This document shows, piece by piece, positions 1 to 14,427 of a stretch of 64,000 nucleotides of DNA. Within the stretch, counting starts at the first letter, position 1, and each line of letters begins with the position of its first letter. The position numbers were made by a program, and so were the translations under genes. The stretch comes from the human T2T-CHM13v2.0 reference genome, Homo sapiens, in NCBI RefSeq assembly GCF_009914755.1, contig NC_060926.1, one strand, 5' to 3'. The notes under the pieces were generated by a model that had not been told where the DNA came from, ran no database searches, and was given only the letters and a program-made list of their open reading frames with translations.

Positions 1-385
1 GAGGCAAGTGCAAGAGAAGAAACGGGGTGAAACCCACTGCAGGGAAGCTTGGGCTGGGGCAGGATCGGGGAGCCAGGGTATGGGGCATGGTTGGGACTGA
101 AACCCTTGTTAACACTGGCTTTAGCAAAAGAAATGGGCACCACAATCCCAGAGGACTTCCAGAAGCTTCCTCCCTCCCCCGCACCTGGGCACAGAGCCTT
201 ACCTCCCCTGCACCCTGGCCCTGTCTCTCTATTTGGCAAGACTCCCATGTCATCTGCTCCTCTTTACTTCGGGTCCCTCTTGGCACTGGAAATACTAAGT
301 GAACCCAGCAGTTGCACAGGATTCTAGGAATTTCTCCTTTCCAACTTCCTGAACTGGTTTTCTAATTCACCTCAGAGGTACCTTA

Positions 386-874
<489 letters not shown>

Positions 875-2429
875 TTAGAAAACCATAAAGCCCCCAAGAG
901 ACGTTTCTACCAATCATCTAAATATTGAGTTTCACCTTATAAAATTTATAAAATGTAAAGAACACTTGGAACAGCCCAGTTTTAATGCCTCCAGCTTTTG
1001 TTTTCCAAAGAACAATTGGTAGACTTGGCCCCGAGGGGAGCAGAGCCCGGCTCTCAGACAACGAGCCTCACCAGCAATTCTGTATCTTCGAGGCGGCAGA
1101 GGTTTTTGTGATCTTGTGTCATTTCTAAACACGACAGTGTAGATGGGATCCTCTTCATTTTGCAAATGAGAAAATGGAAAAACCCGAGGGACAAAGGGCC
1201 TCTCTCAAGGTGCCATGGTGAGAAGGAGGCAGAAGGAAGAGGACCTCGCCCCTGCCTTGATTCCACTGACTGCTGTTTATCACACCATGAGTGTCTTCAG
1301 GGAGCAGTCGTTCTCCCGCTGGAATGTTTACATGAGGAGCAAATGTGATGCCATCACATAATTCCAGTGAGGGCTGGTCATCCCCTGCAAGGCTGAAATG
1401 ACCCTGTCTGTTTTAATGCTAAGGAAGCAGCAGCTTTTCTCCCACTCCCACACAGGATGTGTGCAGCATCTTCAAGTCTCTGCCTCGCGTTTCTAGATCT
1501 GTAGTGAGCTCTCCATGGTCAGGGAGTGGATCTTTCAGTTGGGTATTTTTCTGAAGCAACTGTCATTCTTTGCTTTTTGTAGCAAGACATGTTTTTAAAA
1601 TCCTCTGAGAGAGAAAGAGTGTTGCCAGAAAAGGAATGAAGAGTGGGAGAAAGGTGCATTGTGGAGCTGTCTGAGCGTTGGAGTATGTCCCAATAATGAA
1701 GAGACTGCGGAGAAGCATCCCCTGTCCCCCTCCGTGTTCTAAATGTATGAAACCTAACAAGGTAATTGCATGGGAATAACACACTGTGAATGTTATGTGG
1801 GATTTGAAATTGTCATCCCAAGAGTGACCAGGTGGAGAGAGGAAGGGTGAACTCTTTCAGTCTAAAAGCTATGTTTTAAAAGGCAGGGTTAGACTATGTT
1901 TGTTTCTGCAGTGTATTTTCTCTGCATAAAGGGATTTTTTTCCTACTTTTTCTGCTGGTGGACGTTTCCCTTGGGGGAGCCTGGCCAATGAAAGGTCACA
2001 CAGAGACCAGTCACTCTCAGGAACACCAGCAGAGCCGGGCAGACACATGTCCTAATTTTCCCAGGAGCAGACTGATTGAACCATAGGAGGGTCTGTCTGA
2101 TGTTTATCTTGGCAGAATTCTCAGATGAGTTAGCAAATAGTGGCTGGAGATAAACTGAAACTTTGAGCAACCTCTGGACTGACTCTGATTACCCTCCACA
2201 CCCTACCTGCACAGGGAGGAGAGACCACAAAGCCAGCAGCAAACAGTAAACTTTTCCAAGAATCAGAGAGGAAGGAGTTCCTGACACCCTGCAGCAAAAA
2301 CAACCTCAAAATTCCCCTGAAGACAGACCCATGGGAGCTGGGGTCAAGGTGGCCTTGCGCTTCACCGAGGAGGTGTCATTACCAAACGTGCTGGACATTG
2401 GCTACCTACGGAAGAAAGATTAAGGACTG

Positions 2430-2960
2430 AAAGAAAATAGTGGAGAACATGCTTATGACATGGGGGTAGGACAGGGAAGGCCTTGAGCAAGACACAAATC
2501 ACAAAAACAAATAGAGAAAGAGTGATGTCTACCTTCAATGAAATGTGAAACTTCTGATTCAAAATCGGAAACCTCTATAAGCTGAGATAAAAGACAAGCA
2601 ACAGAGTTGGAGAAGATATTTCTAACATTTGTATGTGTGCAAATGTATGTGTGTAATGTGCTTATACATATACATATAGATAAATGCGTGCGTATACACA
2701 TGAATTCTGGATTGTTATCTAGGCTCTATGAAGAACTCCTATCTGTTAATAAGAAAAAAGACCAAGATCAACAACCTCATAGACAAGTGGATAAAGAAGA
2801 TGACCAGTTAGTCCACAGAAAAGAAAACGCAAATGGAAGTGGGAGGGCCCAGAGGAACTCTTGCTTTATCTAAATTGTGTTGATTACGGGAGCATATGCT
2901 TATATTAATTTTATAGGTAAAAAAACAGAAAAAGTATCTGAAGATTAAACCCAAGCAATG
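2430..2960 (+). mobile_element. Degenerate old L1M ORF2 3' fragment
   Basis: A-rich, with L1-like motifs such as aaaagacaagcaacagagttggagaagatattt; boundaries approximate. Confidence 0.6.
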
Positions 2961-5347
2961 CGATGTGTCAGTTTTGACAACACACAGGAAGGGGCTCTCA
3001 GCCTGTAAAATAGGAGCCCTTTTGTGTGAAGCTGACCAGATGCGGAGAAGTTTCAACAGTCCTAGAGAAGAGGACTGCAGGGGACAGAGAGCCAGGGAAC
3101 AGGGCAGGGAGGATCTAAGAGGGCACCCGGCCAAGCGGTTCACTGCAGCTGGTGCAGGGCTCAGCTATACCCTGGGGCTGGGCGCTTAGCACAGTGTGGT
3201 CAGATGAAGGCAAGCAAGCAGTGGCAGGGACTCTCCATTTGAGTCAAAGTGACAAGCAGTGCCCCCAGTCCCTGGGAAGGATGAAATCCAAATTTAATTC
3301 CCTTCTGAACAACATTCTACAATCTATGCTTCATTTAGGTATCTGTAAGCCTAAAAGAGCTGAAAAATCATTTTATTTCCCCTTCCAATGTACAATTTCT
3401 AAGACATTTGAATTATCGATGTTGAAGTTTCATTGAGAATGAGCTGAGTGTCCTGCTTTCGGCCTGAAAACAAAGCCTCAGCCACAGTCTTCGTCTCACC
3501 CTCTTTCTCTCTGTTTATTTTCTTTTAAAAAGTTTCTCCCATTTCTTTGTTCTTTAACAAAGAGTTGTGTGCATCTTCTAAGCTCCAAGTGCTGCACTGG
3601 CTTCCAGCAGACAATGGCATCCGTGGCCCTGACCTCATGGCGTGACTGAACGGAGGGTCTCGGCCAGGAATGTGAGGGACGCCAGAAAGAGGACATTGGT
3701 GGGCAATGAGGGGTCTTCCTTGCGGGGGGGTGTTGGGGGGTGTGCTGTGCTTCCCTAGCAGTCCACGACCACTGGCAGGGGACACCCCGGGCAGACCAGT
3801 GGTCCAAATTTATACCAGCGAAAAGCAAATGCTGATGCCTTCCCAATCACGGTTCCTTCAAAGGCTTCAGGGTTCCTTGGGAAGGGAAAAGAACATTAGT
3901 TCAGCTCCTGCGATGTGCTGGGACTGTGCTAGGAAGTTTCACAGATGCTAGTTCATTTAGATTGGATATGCCTCCTGGACCAGTGTGCTGTCCGTTATGG
4001 AAAATCAAAACAGCCATTGCATTTCCATAGTGTTCACAAGGAGCCTCATTTCTGGGCTCAGGCAGGCTGAGGCGTTCCAGGGTTGAGAATCAGACTTGGT
4101 GACTGAGCAGGAACTGTTGTCCTTTTTCTCTTTTGAGATATGAAATTTGCTTCACATCTCAGAAGAGTGTGTGCCTCCATCCCACACTTGGGACAAGCGT
4201 CGTTATTCTTTTTTTAAAACATCTGTAGAACATATTAAATGCTCTGCTTTCTTCACGGGTTAAATCATGCTGGGGCGGGAGGCTTGTGGTGTAAGAGCGG
4301 TGCACTGTGCATCCACTAGGGCTCTCCCGTCATTCCAGTTGGTCTCCTTGCCACGCCCCAGCTCGCTGCCCCCAGGCTGTCTTGGACAGACACATTTGTG
4401 TTTTGTAATAGAGCACATCATGCACTATTATATGGGGATATTTTATAAAGGAGCCCACGTGACACAAGGAAACTAGGAGAAAACAATCCTAGAAATCCCC
4501 AAAGCTTGGAAGCAGGGACATGCAAGCGAGGTACAGCATATGCTATCAAGTGGCAATGTCCTTCCAGTAGGAAAGCCGCTGTTGTCATCAGTTTAGGCAG
4601 GTGCTGGGATTAAGCACATCTACCACTCAGAAAATAATACCAATAAGAACCACGGTCCACATCCAACATGGGTCTCCCAAATTCTCTAAAATGTGGAAGT
4701 GTGCAGATCTTAGCATCTCTGTCCTTTCTCTCGCTTCGAGGAAGTTGGGCTCCTGGGCACTGCCTCATCAGTCATGCCCAGTACCTGTGTACAGGTGCCT
4801 CCCCTGCTCTCTGGAGCATCGGGACTGGAAGGATTGGGAACAGAACGGAGCTTTGATTGATCCTCTTGTCCGCACTTGTGCCTTTCAACTCCCTGTGGTG
4901 GAGGGTGACAGTTTAGTCTCCCTGTCTTCTCCTGGGGTCCCACCGGCTCCTGAATCAAATCCTGCTCTTCCCCTGCATGTTCTGAGTGGCCTGTACACTC
5001 TGGGCTCTCTCTCTCCTTGACCCCTGGAACACCACCTCTTTGGTTCTTAGTAATCCGGAGCCTTCCTACCTGGTAGTAGCACTGACATCCTCTTCATCCA
5101 CTGGAAGCTTCCAGATCCTGGCCCCCACAACCCATTCTCTCCCCATAGGGCTTCCACAGAAACACAACGTGTACTGTGTGCCAAATGACTGGCCCAGAGG
5201 ATGAGTGAGTGGGGGACCAATGTAGGCTAGGGGAGGGGTCAGAAGAGAAAAGTTCCAAGAGAGTGGGAACCCAAGGAAGGCTTCTTAGAGGAGCTGGGAC
5301 ACATTGGGGCCTGAAGGAAGTGGACATTTAGACGAGCATAAAGACTG

Positions 5348-5569
5348 CAGGGATGTCCAACCTTTTGGTTTCACTGGGCCACATTGGAAGAAGAAGTGTC
5401 TTGAGCCACACGTAAAATACACTAACACTAATGTTAGCTGATGAAGAACAACAAAAATAATAGCAAAAAGTCTCATAATGCTTTAAGAAAATTTATGAAT
5501 TTACGTTGGCCCACATTCAAAGCTGTCCTGGGCCACATGCATCCTGCGGGCTTGGGTTGGACAGGCTTG
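5348..5569 (+). mobile_element. MER30-like hAT-Charlie MITE
   Basis: cagggatgtccaacctttt...gggccacattggaagaagaa...gggttggacaggcttg matches the recalled consensus end to end. Confidence 0.85.
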
Positions 5570-6388
5570 AGCTAAAGCAAGTGTGTTCTGAGCTGGAGAG
5601 AAGGCCAGCCCCATGGTTCATCGTTCGTGGTATCACCAACCAATGATACTAGGAACAGTTGGTGGGTGCAGGCCCTGGGCAGGGCAATAATAAGAAAAAG
5701 CTTAGAAAAGAAAAGGAGGAGGAGGAGGGGAGTTGCGGGTCATGGAGGGCCTTGAAAGCGAGACTGAGGGTTTGGACCTTACCTTTTCGGCATACTACCG
5801 AGCAGGAACCCCTGTCACTGTAATTTCTGATGATTCTGTCTTCCATCTTTGGGAATAACAACGACATAGTCGACTACTCCTCTACAAAAAGAGTCGTCAG
5901 ATTCTTTAACCATGTGGGGCATCTTGTTTTGGCATCCACACTAGTTCTGTTACAGCCAAAGCTGGGGGTGTTGGGGAATGTCGCATGCTTCAGGGGTATC
6001 TGTGTAGTGTGCATTTTACCCAGCTGAGCTCACAACTTTAATGTGTGAAGGTGATCCTCCAGTTCAGGAGGACAGAGTTGGTGCCCCTGCCTGTACCATC
6101 CTAAGAGAGGTTTCTGCTTCCTGTGTCCTGCTCTGTGGGCTCCCCAGGTACCCCTGTAGTTTTTGCCTAATACTTTGAAACCAACAATAATAACTTATGA
6201 AATCTTTATTTCAAACACAGCTTGAATTTCATCCATTTTCATCTTACCCAAAGAGATAGATTCTCTAGTCTGCAATCTGGATGGTCAGAATGGAGAAATC
6301 CCCTTACCTGCAAACACAGGTCTTTTATTTTGTAACCACTGTCTGTCTGGTTTTCTGTTTTGGAGTCTCCCAGGGTGATGGTGCCGCC

Positions 6389-6522
6389 AGATAAAAGTTC
6401 TAATGAGAGAGGGAGGGTGGGAGGGAGGTTCCGGTGGCAAGGCAGGGCGGAAGGTAAGCGGAGACCTTCTCCAATCAGAAGTCTAGAAGGCAGGGCACGC
6501 AGTAGGTCTGCAGAATGACTCA
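6389..6522. promoter_or_regulatory. Candidate regulatory element (G4 motif, ETS, CCAAT, GATA, AP-1)
   Basis: AGATAA 6,389; GGGAGGGTGGGAGGG 6,411-6,425; TTCCGG and CGGAAG; CCAAT 6,471; TGACTCA 6,516-6,522. Motif evidence only. Confidence 0.35.
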
Positions 6523-7526
6523 GAACCCGCGTATGAATGCTGTCTATTCATGGGTCCAGGCTTTTGTTAAAGCCTGGGCCTGCATTTTAAAGAGGGAGTC
6601 AGGGAACTGGCTGGACTGGTCTGACAACTAAGGAGTGGTGAACACTTCCCCCAGGCTAGTACTCAGGTGGATGAAGTCATCAATATTTTCTGGGCAGTCC
6701 TAATCTGTGATTAACTTTTATCTCTGCTGTGAAATAACAGCCTCCTTTTCAGCCTGCTAACAATAAGTTAACCTGGCTGCCCGGCTGGGGGATATTTTAT
6801 GCTGGGCTCCAGCAGAGGCACACTTGAGAAGCCATGTGGGACTCCTGCCCTGGAGAGAGCCCAGAGTAGAGGGAGGGGTCTGTATGGTGGTGGGAGTCCT
6901 CTCAGCAATGGTCCTTGTGATTCCGGTATACTCTGATGTCCTGACTTCAAACTCAGCTTACCCAAAGCAAATGTCCACTTTCTTCCGTACTCCTTTCTTG
7001 TTTAAAGCCTCACCACTGACCAGGAAGTCTTGATAGAGCCATCTAGTAATTCTTAAGTCCTACCTCATCCAACCTTGTTTTGACTCCTGCAGTGAGCACA
7101 GCTGCCCTCACCTTCCCCTCTCTATGCCCTCACCTTTGCAGGAGACTCTCAATTTCTCAGTCCACATCAGCTCTCAGACCACCAAAGCAAGGGTTATTTT
7201 TCTAAAAGACATTTGTTCCCATTGCTCCTCTGACTAAAGTTCCTACTATGGGACATTTGCCCTTGGCACTCAAGGACCTTGCAATCAGGCTGAGAACCTC
7301 AGGTTCTCAAACTCAAGACCATGGGGAATGTAATAGGTGAATCAGGGAGGTGAAGTCCAGGACTCTTTTTGGTTTATATTTTGTTTACTCAGTTTTGATG
7401 GAGACAAGCATACCAGAAAATTCACATTCCTCTTAACGCTAGCAGTAGACAAACAACAGAGCAAGCAGGATGTGACCATTTATACATGGCCTCACTGTTG
7501 GGGAGGCAGTAGGGAGTGTTGGAGAC

Positions 7527-7693
7527 CAGGGTCAGGACTAGGGCTAGGGCAAGGCTAGGAAGGTGCCCAGGATGCATGTTTTAAGGAAGCACTCACTCTT
7601 GGGGCTTTGCAAGTACAAGGCTAGCACTGGGAGATGAGTGCCGCCTTAAAGTTGGCTTCTTGGGCCTTGTTTGCCTGACCTAGTCTGGCCTTG
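7527..7693. mobile_element. MER96-like palindromic hAT MITE
   Basis: cagggtcaggactaggg...taaggaagcactcactct / atgagtgccgccttaaa...cctagtctggccttg form an imperfect inverted structure. Confidence 0.7.
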
Positions 7694-8270
7694 GTGAGGA
7701 CAGTGGAGAAATGGAGCATGGACCTACCCAAAGGGATGGCTGCTGATCAGCTTCACCTAGCTGTTGCCAAAGGCAACACTGTGGCCCCACTTTTGCCAAA
7801 TCTTTTCAAACATTCTGTGGGTGCTTCCATCATAGCTATTATCACCTGGCAAGGGAGTTGTCCCCACAGGTAACCTTCTCACTAAGTGGGGGTGTCTGAG
7901 GCCAGGGAGAGCTCTACTCATTCCCCTGTGTGATCCCAGCAGTGAGCATAGAGCAGGTGCCCTGCAATGTTAAGCAAAAAAAAAAAAAAAAAAAAAAAAA
8001 GACTTTGGAAATAGAGTTATGGAGCCAGGATGGGTCTTGAGTTAGCCTCACTCTTTATTTCTTTATTCAAGGAATGGTTGTTCAGGGCCAGCAGCTCAGC
8101 CCTGGGAGCACTGACTGCTTCAAGACACAGACTCCTCTGGGATGCCAGGCAGAGTCTGCTCCTGAAGGCAGACTCCACTCTTCATGGGGCTCCCTCCATT
8201 ACTCATTAGGTCACAGAATAATAGAAAAAGGCAGGAAAGATGAAAAAAGAGAATTTAAAAACAAAACACA

Positions 8271-8590
8271 TCCAGGTGTGGTGGCTCACACCCGTAATCC
8301 CAGCACTTTGGGAGGCTGAGGCAGGCAGGTCATCTGAGGTCAGGAGTTCGAGACCAGTCTGGCCAACATGAAGAAACCCTATCTCTACTAAAAATACAAA
8401 AATTAGCTGGGCGTGGTGGTGGGCACTTGTAATCTCAGCTACTAGGGAGGCTGAGCCCAGACAATCACTTAAACCCGGGAGGTGGAGGTTGCGGTGAGCT
8501 GAGATTGCACCACTGCATTCCAGCCTGGGTGACAGAGCAAGACTCTGTCTCAAAAAAACCCAAACCCCCCCCCCCACCAAAACCCAAAAC
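8271..8590 (+). mobile_element. AluS, full length, with a C-interrupted tail
   Basis: Dimeric Alu; TSD caaaacacat on both sides. Confidence 0.95.
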
Positions 8591-9299
8591 ACATGGTAGC
8601 AAAAGAATAACAAATTGAAGTATGTCTGTAATGACAGCAAATGGGAACTTACCTACTCCAAGACAGAAAATGATTAGATTAGATTTCTAAAAAGTCCAGG
8701 TAGGTCTTGCTTCCAAGATACCATCTAAGATGAAATCACACAGGCTGAAAATAAAGGAATGGAAAAATATACACTATTTAAATGCTAGCAATAGCAGACA
8801 GATTATAATAGGAGAGAGACTATATAATAATCAAGGCACCAACCGACTCAGAAGCTGTCACAGGCCCAAATGTATATGTATGTGTCTAACATACACGCAC
8901 CTCAAAATATAGTAAGCAAATTGACAGAACTACAAGTCTAAGATTACAACCCATTTAACTTGATCAAAAGTTGATAAATCAAGCAATTTAAAAAGTACTA
9001 GGTTATAAAAGATTTGAAAAACAAAAGTAACAAGCATTATCTAATGGGTGTGTGTGTGTAAAACTTTGCGGCCAAACATAAATGGTCATCATAGATCATT
9101 TAAAAACAGTTGGTGATATACAGATTATTTAAAAATTTGACCACATACTAGGTCACAAAGAACTCAACAAATATCTAGAATCATCAAATAACACAGATCA
9201 TATTCTCTAAACACAACCCAATTAAATTAGAAGTCAATACTAAAATACAGTCTCAAACTCATATATGTGGGAACTAAAAAATTCACTCCCTAGTAACTA

Positions 9300-9584
<285 letters not shown>

Positions 9585-10228
9585 TCAAAATCATGAGAGG
9601 TTTAAGCGAGCTGAGTGCTCAAAATAGCAATTGTAAGGAACTTCCTTAATGTGATAAAGGTTATCTATCAAAAGTGTATAGTAAACATTATAATTAATGG
9701 TGGAACTTTGGAAGCATGCCCATCAATATCAGTAACAAGACAAGGATGTCCATTGTCAATATGTCTATTCATCAGTATCCTGGAAGCCGTACTGAGGGCA
9801 ATGAAACAAGCAAAAGAAATAGGAGTGTAAGAATTTAGAATGAAGCAAGAATATTTTTGTCTGCAGGAAATATGATAATCTATATAGAAAATTCAAGAGA
9901 ATTTTCTAATAAACTATTCAAATGAAAATACAGTCCAACGAATATATATACACAAAATTGGGTACAATTTATATGTATTAATTATAACCAATTAGAAAAT
10001 ATAACAGGAGAATGAGTCTTATATTTCAACTAAAGCTATAAGATCTTTCTGCATACATTAAACAAAATATGTGCACGTTGCTTGGTTTTGATTTTTCTTG
10101 GTTCATTTGGCTGGTTTTAGAGGAAACTTGGAAATACAGCTGAGGGACATGAAAGAAAATATTAGTGAGTGGAGTGATTCACCACATTCTTAAATGGAAA
10201 AACTAGTGTTGATTTAAGAAAGATGTCA

Positions 10229-10558
<330 letters not shown>

Positions 10559-11321
10559 TTATTCTTTAAATTCACTACAATTCTATCCAAAATCTTGAAG
10601 GGGATTTTTTTGTGTGTGAAATTTGACAAGCTGATAATCATCAAGACTAATTATACATTTATAATACTTAACATAGTACAATATCGATATATAGATAGTG
10701 AATAGATCAATAGAAAATTAGAGAACTCAGAAACTGACCTATGCATCTGTGGAAATTTCATATATAACGGAAGAGTCATTACAGATTAGTAAAAAGAAGG
10801 GGTGGGCTCGTTCAAGAAATAACTTAGGAAAAATAGGTTATCCATACAAGAATAATAAAATTAGATCCTTATATCAACGCACATGTAAAAACAAATCCTT
10901 GGTTGATTACATACCTAAGTGTAAAAAGCAACAACTTCAAATAATTTAGAAGAAGATGTAGAAGACTATCTTTACGAACTCAGAGTAAGAAATTATTTTC
11001 TTAAACTATATACAAAAAGACCCTTAATGCAAAAATTAACAGACTATTTGGTTTAGTAAGCAGGATTGTATTTTAAAATTTTTAAATTATTCATAAAAAA
11101 TGTTAAATGTCAAGCCAGAAACCAGTATTTGCAATGCAGTCATATAATTGACAAAGGCCAGAATCCAGAATACATGAACACTGGCAAGTCAATGGAAAAA
11201 ATGACCAAAAGACATGAACAAGTTATGGATGAAGGCAGCTCAAAGGGCAAATGAGCATTTGACTAGATGATTACCTCTTAGTAATCAGAGAAATAAGCAA
11301 ACAAAAAAGTATGCCACCTGT

Positions 11322-11778
11322 GTATTAGGGTTCTCCAGTGAAATAAAACAAATAGGATTTACATGTATATAGAAAGAGATTTATTTTAAGAAATTAACTT
11401 CCATGATTATGAAAGTTAATATCTCTTCCATGATTATGGAAGCTGGTAAGTCTAAAATCTGCATGCTGGGCTGGCAGGCTGGAGACCCGGAGAGAAGACA
11501 ATGCTACAGCTCAAGTCAAAAGGCCATCAGGCTGAAGACCCCAGGAAGAGCTGATGTTGCAGGTGAAGTCCCAAGAACAGTTTGCTGGAGAATTTCCTCT
11601 TGTTCAGGGAGCTCAGCCTTTTACTCTATTCAGGCCTTCAACTGACTGGACGAAGCCTGCCCAGGCTCTGGAAGGCAATCTGCTTTACTGAAAGCCCACC
11701 AATTTCAATGTAAATCCCCATCAGAAACACCCTCACAGAAACATTCCGGCCAAGTTGACACTCAAAATCAACTACAGA
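11322..11778 (-). mobile_element. MLT2 (ERVL) solo LTR
   Basis: tgtattagggttctccag...ggaaggcaatctgctttact...ccaagttgacac. Confidence 0.85.
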
Positions 11779-14008
11779 ACCTCCAACACATCAGACTGGC
11801 CAAAACATTTGTCTGCCACTACCAAGTGTTGACACAAAAGGCAAACATAAGAAACTCATACTGGGCTGGTGAGGATGTAGAGCATGGATCCAGACTGGAG
11901 AACCTCTCACACATGTGCACAAATATTCACTGCATCATTATCTGTAGTGAAAAATTGAAAAGGAACTGAAAAACAATCAGCAGAAAATAGACAAATTAAT
12001 TCTGATAAGGTTCATATGACTGAGTATTATACAGCAGTTAAAGGAGTTAGAGCAACAGGTATCTGCATGGATAAATCTAAAAACAATCATGAGTTTCAGG
12101 AAGATAGATACAACAGGACAGATTTCCATAAAATGGAAAACTTACAAACCAATACTTTATATTACTTAGGAATGAATACTGTAGGAAAATCTAAAAAACA
12201 GGCTTGAGATTAATACACAGTAAATTTAAGGTTGTGGCATCTCTGAGGAGTAGGGAAAGGGAATGAGATCAAGGAGGCCTTCATCTGTGTCTGTAATGTT
12301 TTATGTGTTTTTTTCTAAAGTCTTGAAACAAATATGGCAAAATATTAAGATCTGATAAAGCCATGTGGGCGTATGACATTTGTTATATTTCTCTCTATCC
12401 TTATTCATGTGTTTAAATAATTCTCCGAAAGCAGTTTACTGAGAGTTCAGCATGTCTCCTGAGACATGCTAGGAAGTTATGTGCAGGAGTGGAGAATATG
12501 ATTCATTGGAAGAGTTAAGTGCCCTAAATGCCAGCCAGGCTGTGACCCCAGGACAGAAGTAGGGTGGGGGGGCCTTCTTGCTTGCTAGTGACAATCTACA
12601 CCAACCAGCACCACAGGAGCCCCAGGATGACAAGGAAGGACAAAACACAGGGGGTGACAGATGCAATGAACCCCTATGTGGTACATTGAGTGGTGGAGAC
12701 CGGGTGTAAAACACACGATCGGTGCAGGGAGACCAGCTATGGAGGCTTTGGGGACCATGATAATGACCATCCAGTGTGGCTGTACTTTTCTCTAGAAGAG
12801 GGTTGGCCTACATCCACTCCAGTGGATCCACATTCTCTCCCAAGAGACTGATAAGAGAGTGAAAGATTTAAGTCACCTGTGTGGGTGGCCCTCAAGACCC
12901 CTGCAATGAAAACCCAAAGGGGTATCACAGTGTTTTCTGGCAAGAATTGGCCATTGCTTAATTTTCTTGTCTGATTTTTCCTAGCAACCTTGTATTTGAC
13001 CTCGCCTGGCATCCTGTGTGGTCATGAGCCACAGAGGTGGAAAAGGCAACATGGTAGAGGCAGGAGGAGGCAGGAGGTGGAAAAGAAGGGTTATCAGGTG
13101 ATGAGTTCAGCCATCTCTTGCCCTGAGTTTAGTTGTGCTTTGTTTATAAAAAGTGCTTTTCTACAAAAAGTATTTGATGGTACAAAATATTATCAATATG
13201 GCTTAGATGGGTTTGAGAAGTAAGAAAAGGATCGTGGTGGTAGCAGGAAATAAGACAGAAATTTTCCATGGGGGCTCCAGGTCTGAAGGCACTGGCAGGT
13301 ACTGCAGGGTGCCTCAAGCAGGCGTCACTTGATAGGGTCAAAAATCAGTAATGTCTATGCTCATCTCCAACCTCTGCAGATAGAGGAGGAAATGTTGTGA
13401 AGTATTTAGATGCATTTTCTTAGGTGCGTTGTTTTTGTTGAATTAGGACATGAAGCCAGCCACAGCCAGCTGTCTCTCCCCTTCGGTGAGAAGGGGACGA
13501 CGTGAAGCACCCAAGATGTGAACCAGGACTCAATTCACATTTGGGGAACCTGATAGCCTCCTCAGATGCCCCCACAGAAATCCAGATTGACCCCTGAGGC
13601 TGAGCTTTACCCTCTGCAGGGATGACTTCCATCCAGCCTGGGATGGGCAGGGGAAACCGCTGCTCACCCGAAGTGTATTTAAGGGGTCCCAACAGCAACT
13701 TATCAACATTTTTTGTTGTAAAGCACAGAGAGAGCAGTGAATTCTGTCCATTTTGTGAGCAGCACATCTGGATAAGGCGGGTGCCCCACTGCATTCAGAG
13801 CAGCTCTGGGAATGAGGAAGGAAGAGACAACAAAAGGAACAGGAGCCTTCCAATAAGCCCAGACATTAGACCTGAGCCTTGTCCCTGTCATAGGCTAGTC
13901 ATTATTGATTAAAAGGTGGACATCAGATAAACCCAAGAGGGACAGCCCCGCCAACGTCCAGAGCAATGAGGCCCTCACTCTGCCCTCACCTCTGCCAGTG
14001 TAAATTCT

Positions 14009-14067
14009 GGGGAATTTCTGAAACACCGTGAATACAGAGGTGTGACTCAGCGGGAATCACAGGAATG
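14009..14067. promoter_or_regulatory. Candidate enhancer motif cluster (NF-kB-like, AP-1/ARE, TEAD)
   Basis: GGGGAATTTC 14,009-14,018; TGACTCAGC 14,043-14,051; GGAATG 14,062-14,067. Motif evidence only. Confidence 0.35.
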
Positions 14068-14138
14068 TCAGAGGACAAAGCAGTTGGTATTAATAAATTG
14101 CTTTGAGTCTGGAAACAAAGAAGTGGCCTTCTTTGTTT

Positions 14139-14262
14139 CCAGGCTGAAGTACAGTGCTGTGATCATAGCTCACTGTAACCTCGAACTCCTGGCCTAAAAT
14201 GATCCTCCTGCCTCAGCCTCCCAAAGCACTGGGAATACAGGCATGAGACACCATGCCTGGCC
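14139..14262 (-). mobile_element. Alu monomer (FLAM-like) lacking its tail
   Basis: ccaggctgaagtacagtg...cctcccaaagcactgggaatacaggcatgagacaccatgcctggcc. Confidence 0.85.
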
Positions 14263-14427
14263 TGGCCTTCAGTTTCTCTGCTCTAACTCTGCGTTGCCCT
14301 AGAAATCCTTTTCTGAATTTCTCAGGTATTAGACATTCACCCATGACATCTGCATCTTTCTCATCTTCACCAGAATCACCCTGTCTTAATTCCTTAACTC
14401 TTCCTGCTTCTTGCCAGGCTAAGAAGC

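Noticed and set aside
2331-2423. 30-aa small ORF MGAGVKVALRFTEEVSLPNVLDIGYLRKKD with a protein-like appearance
   Set aside because: I could not match it to any family and see no transcript context; a tBLASTn or Ribo-seq check would be needed.
7976-8000. Isolated A25 run as the tail of a processed pseudogene
   Set aside because: No polyA signal, TSD or recognisable mRNA body upstream; treated as a simple repeat.
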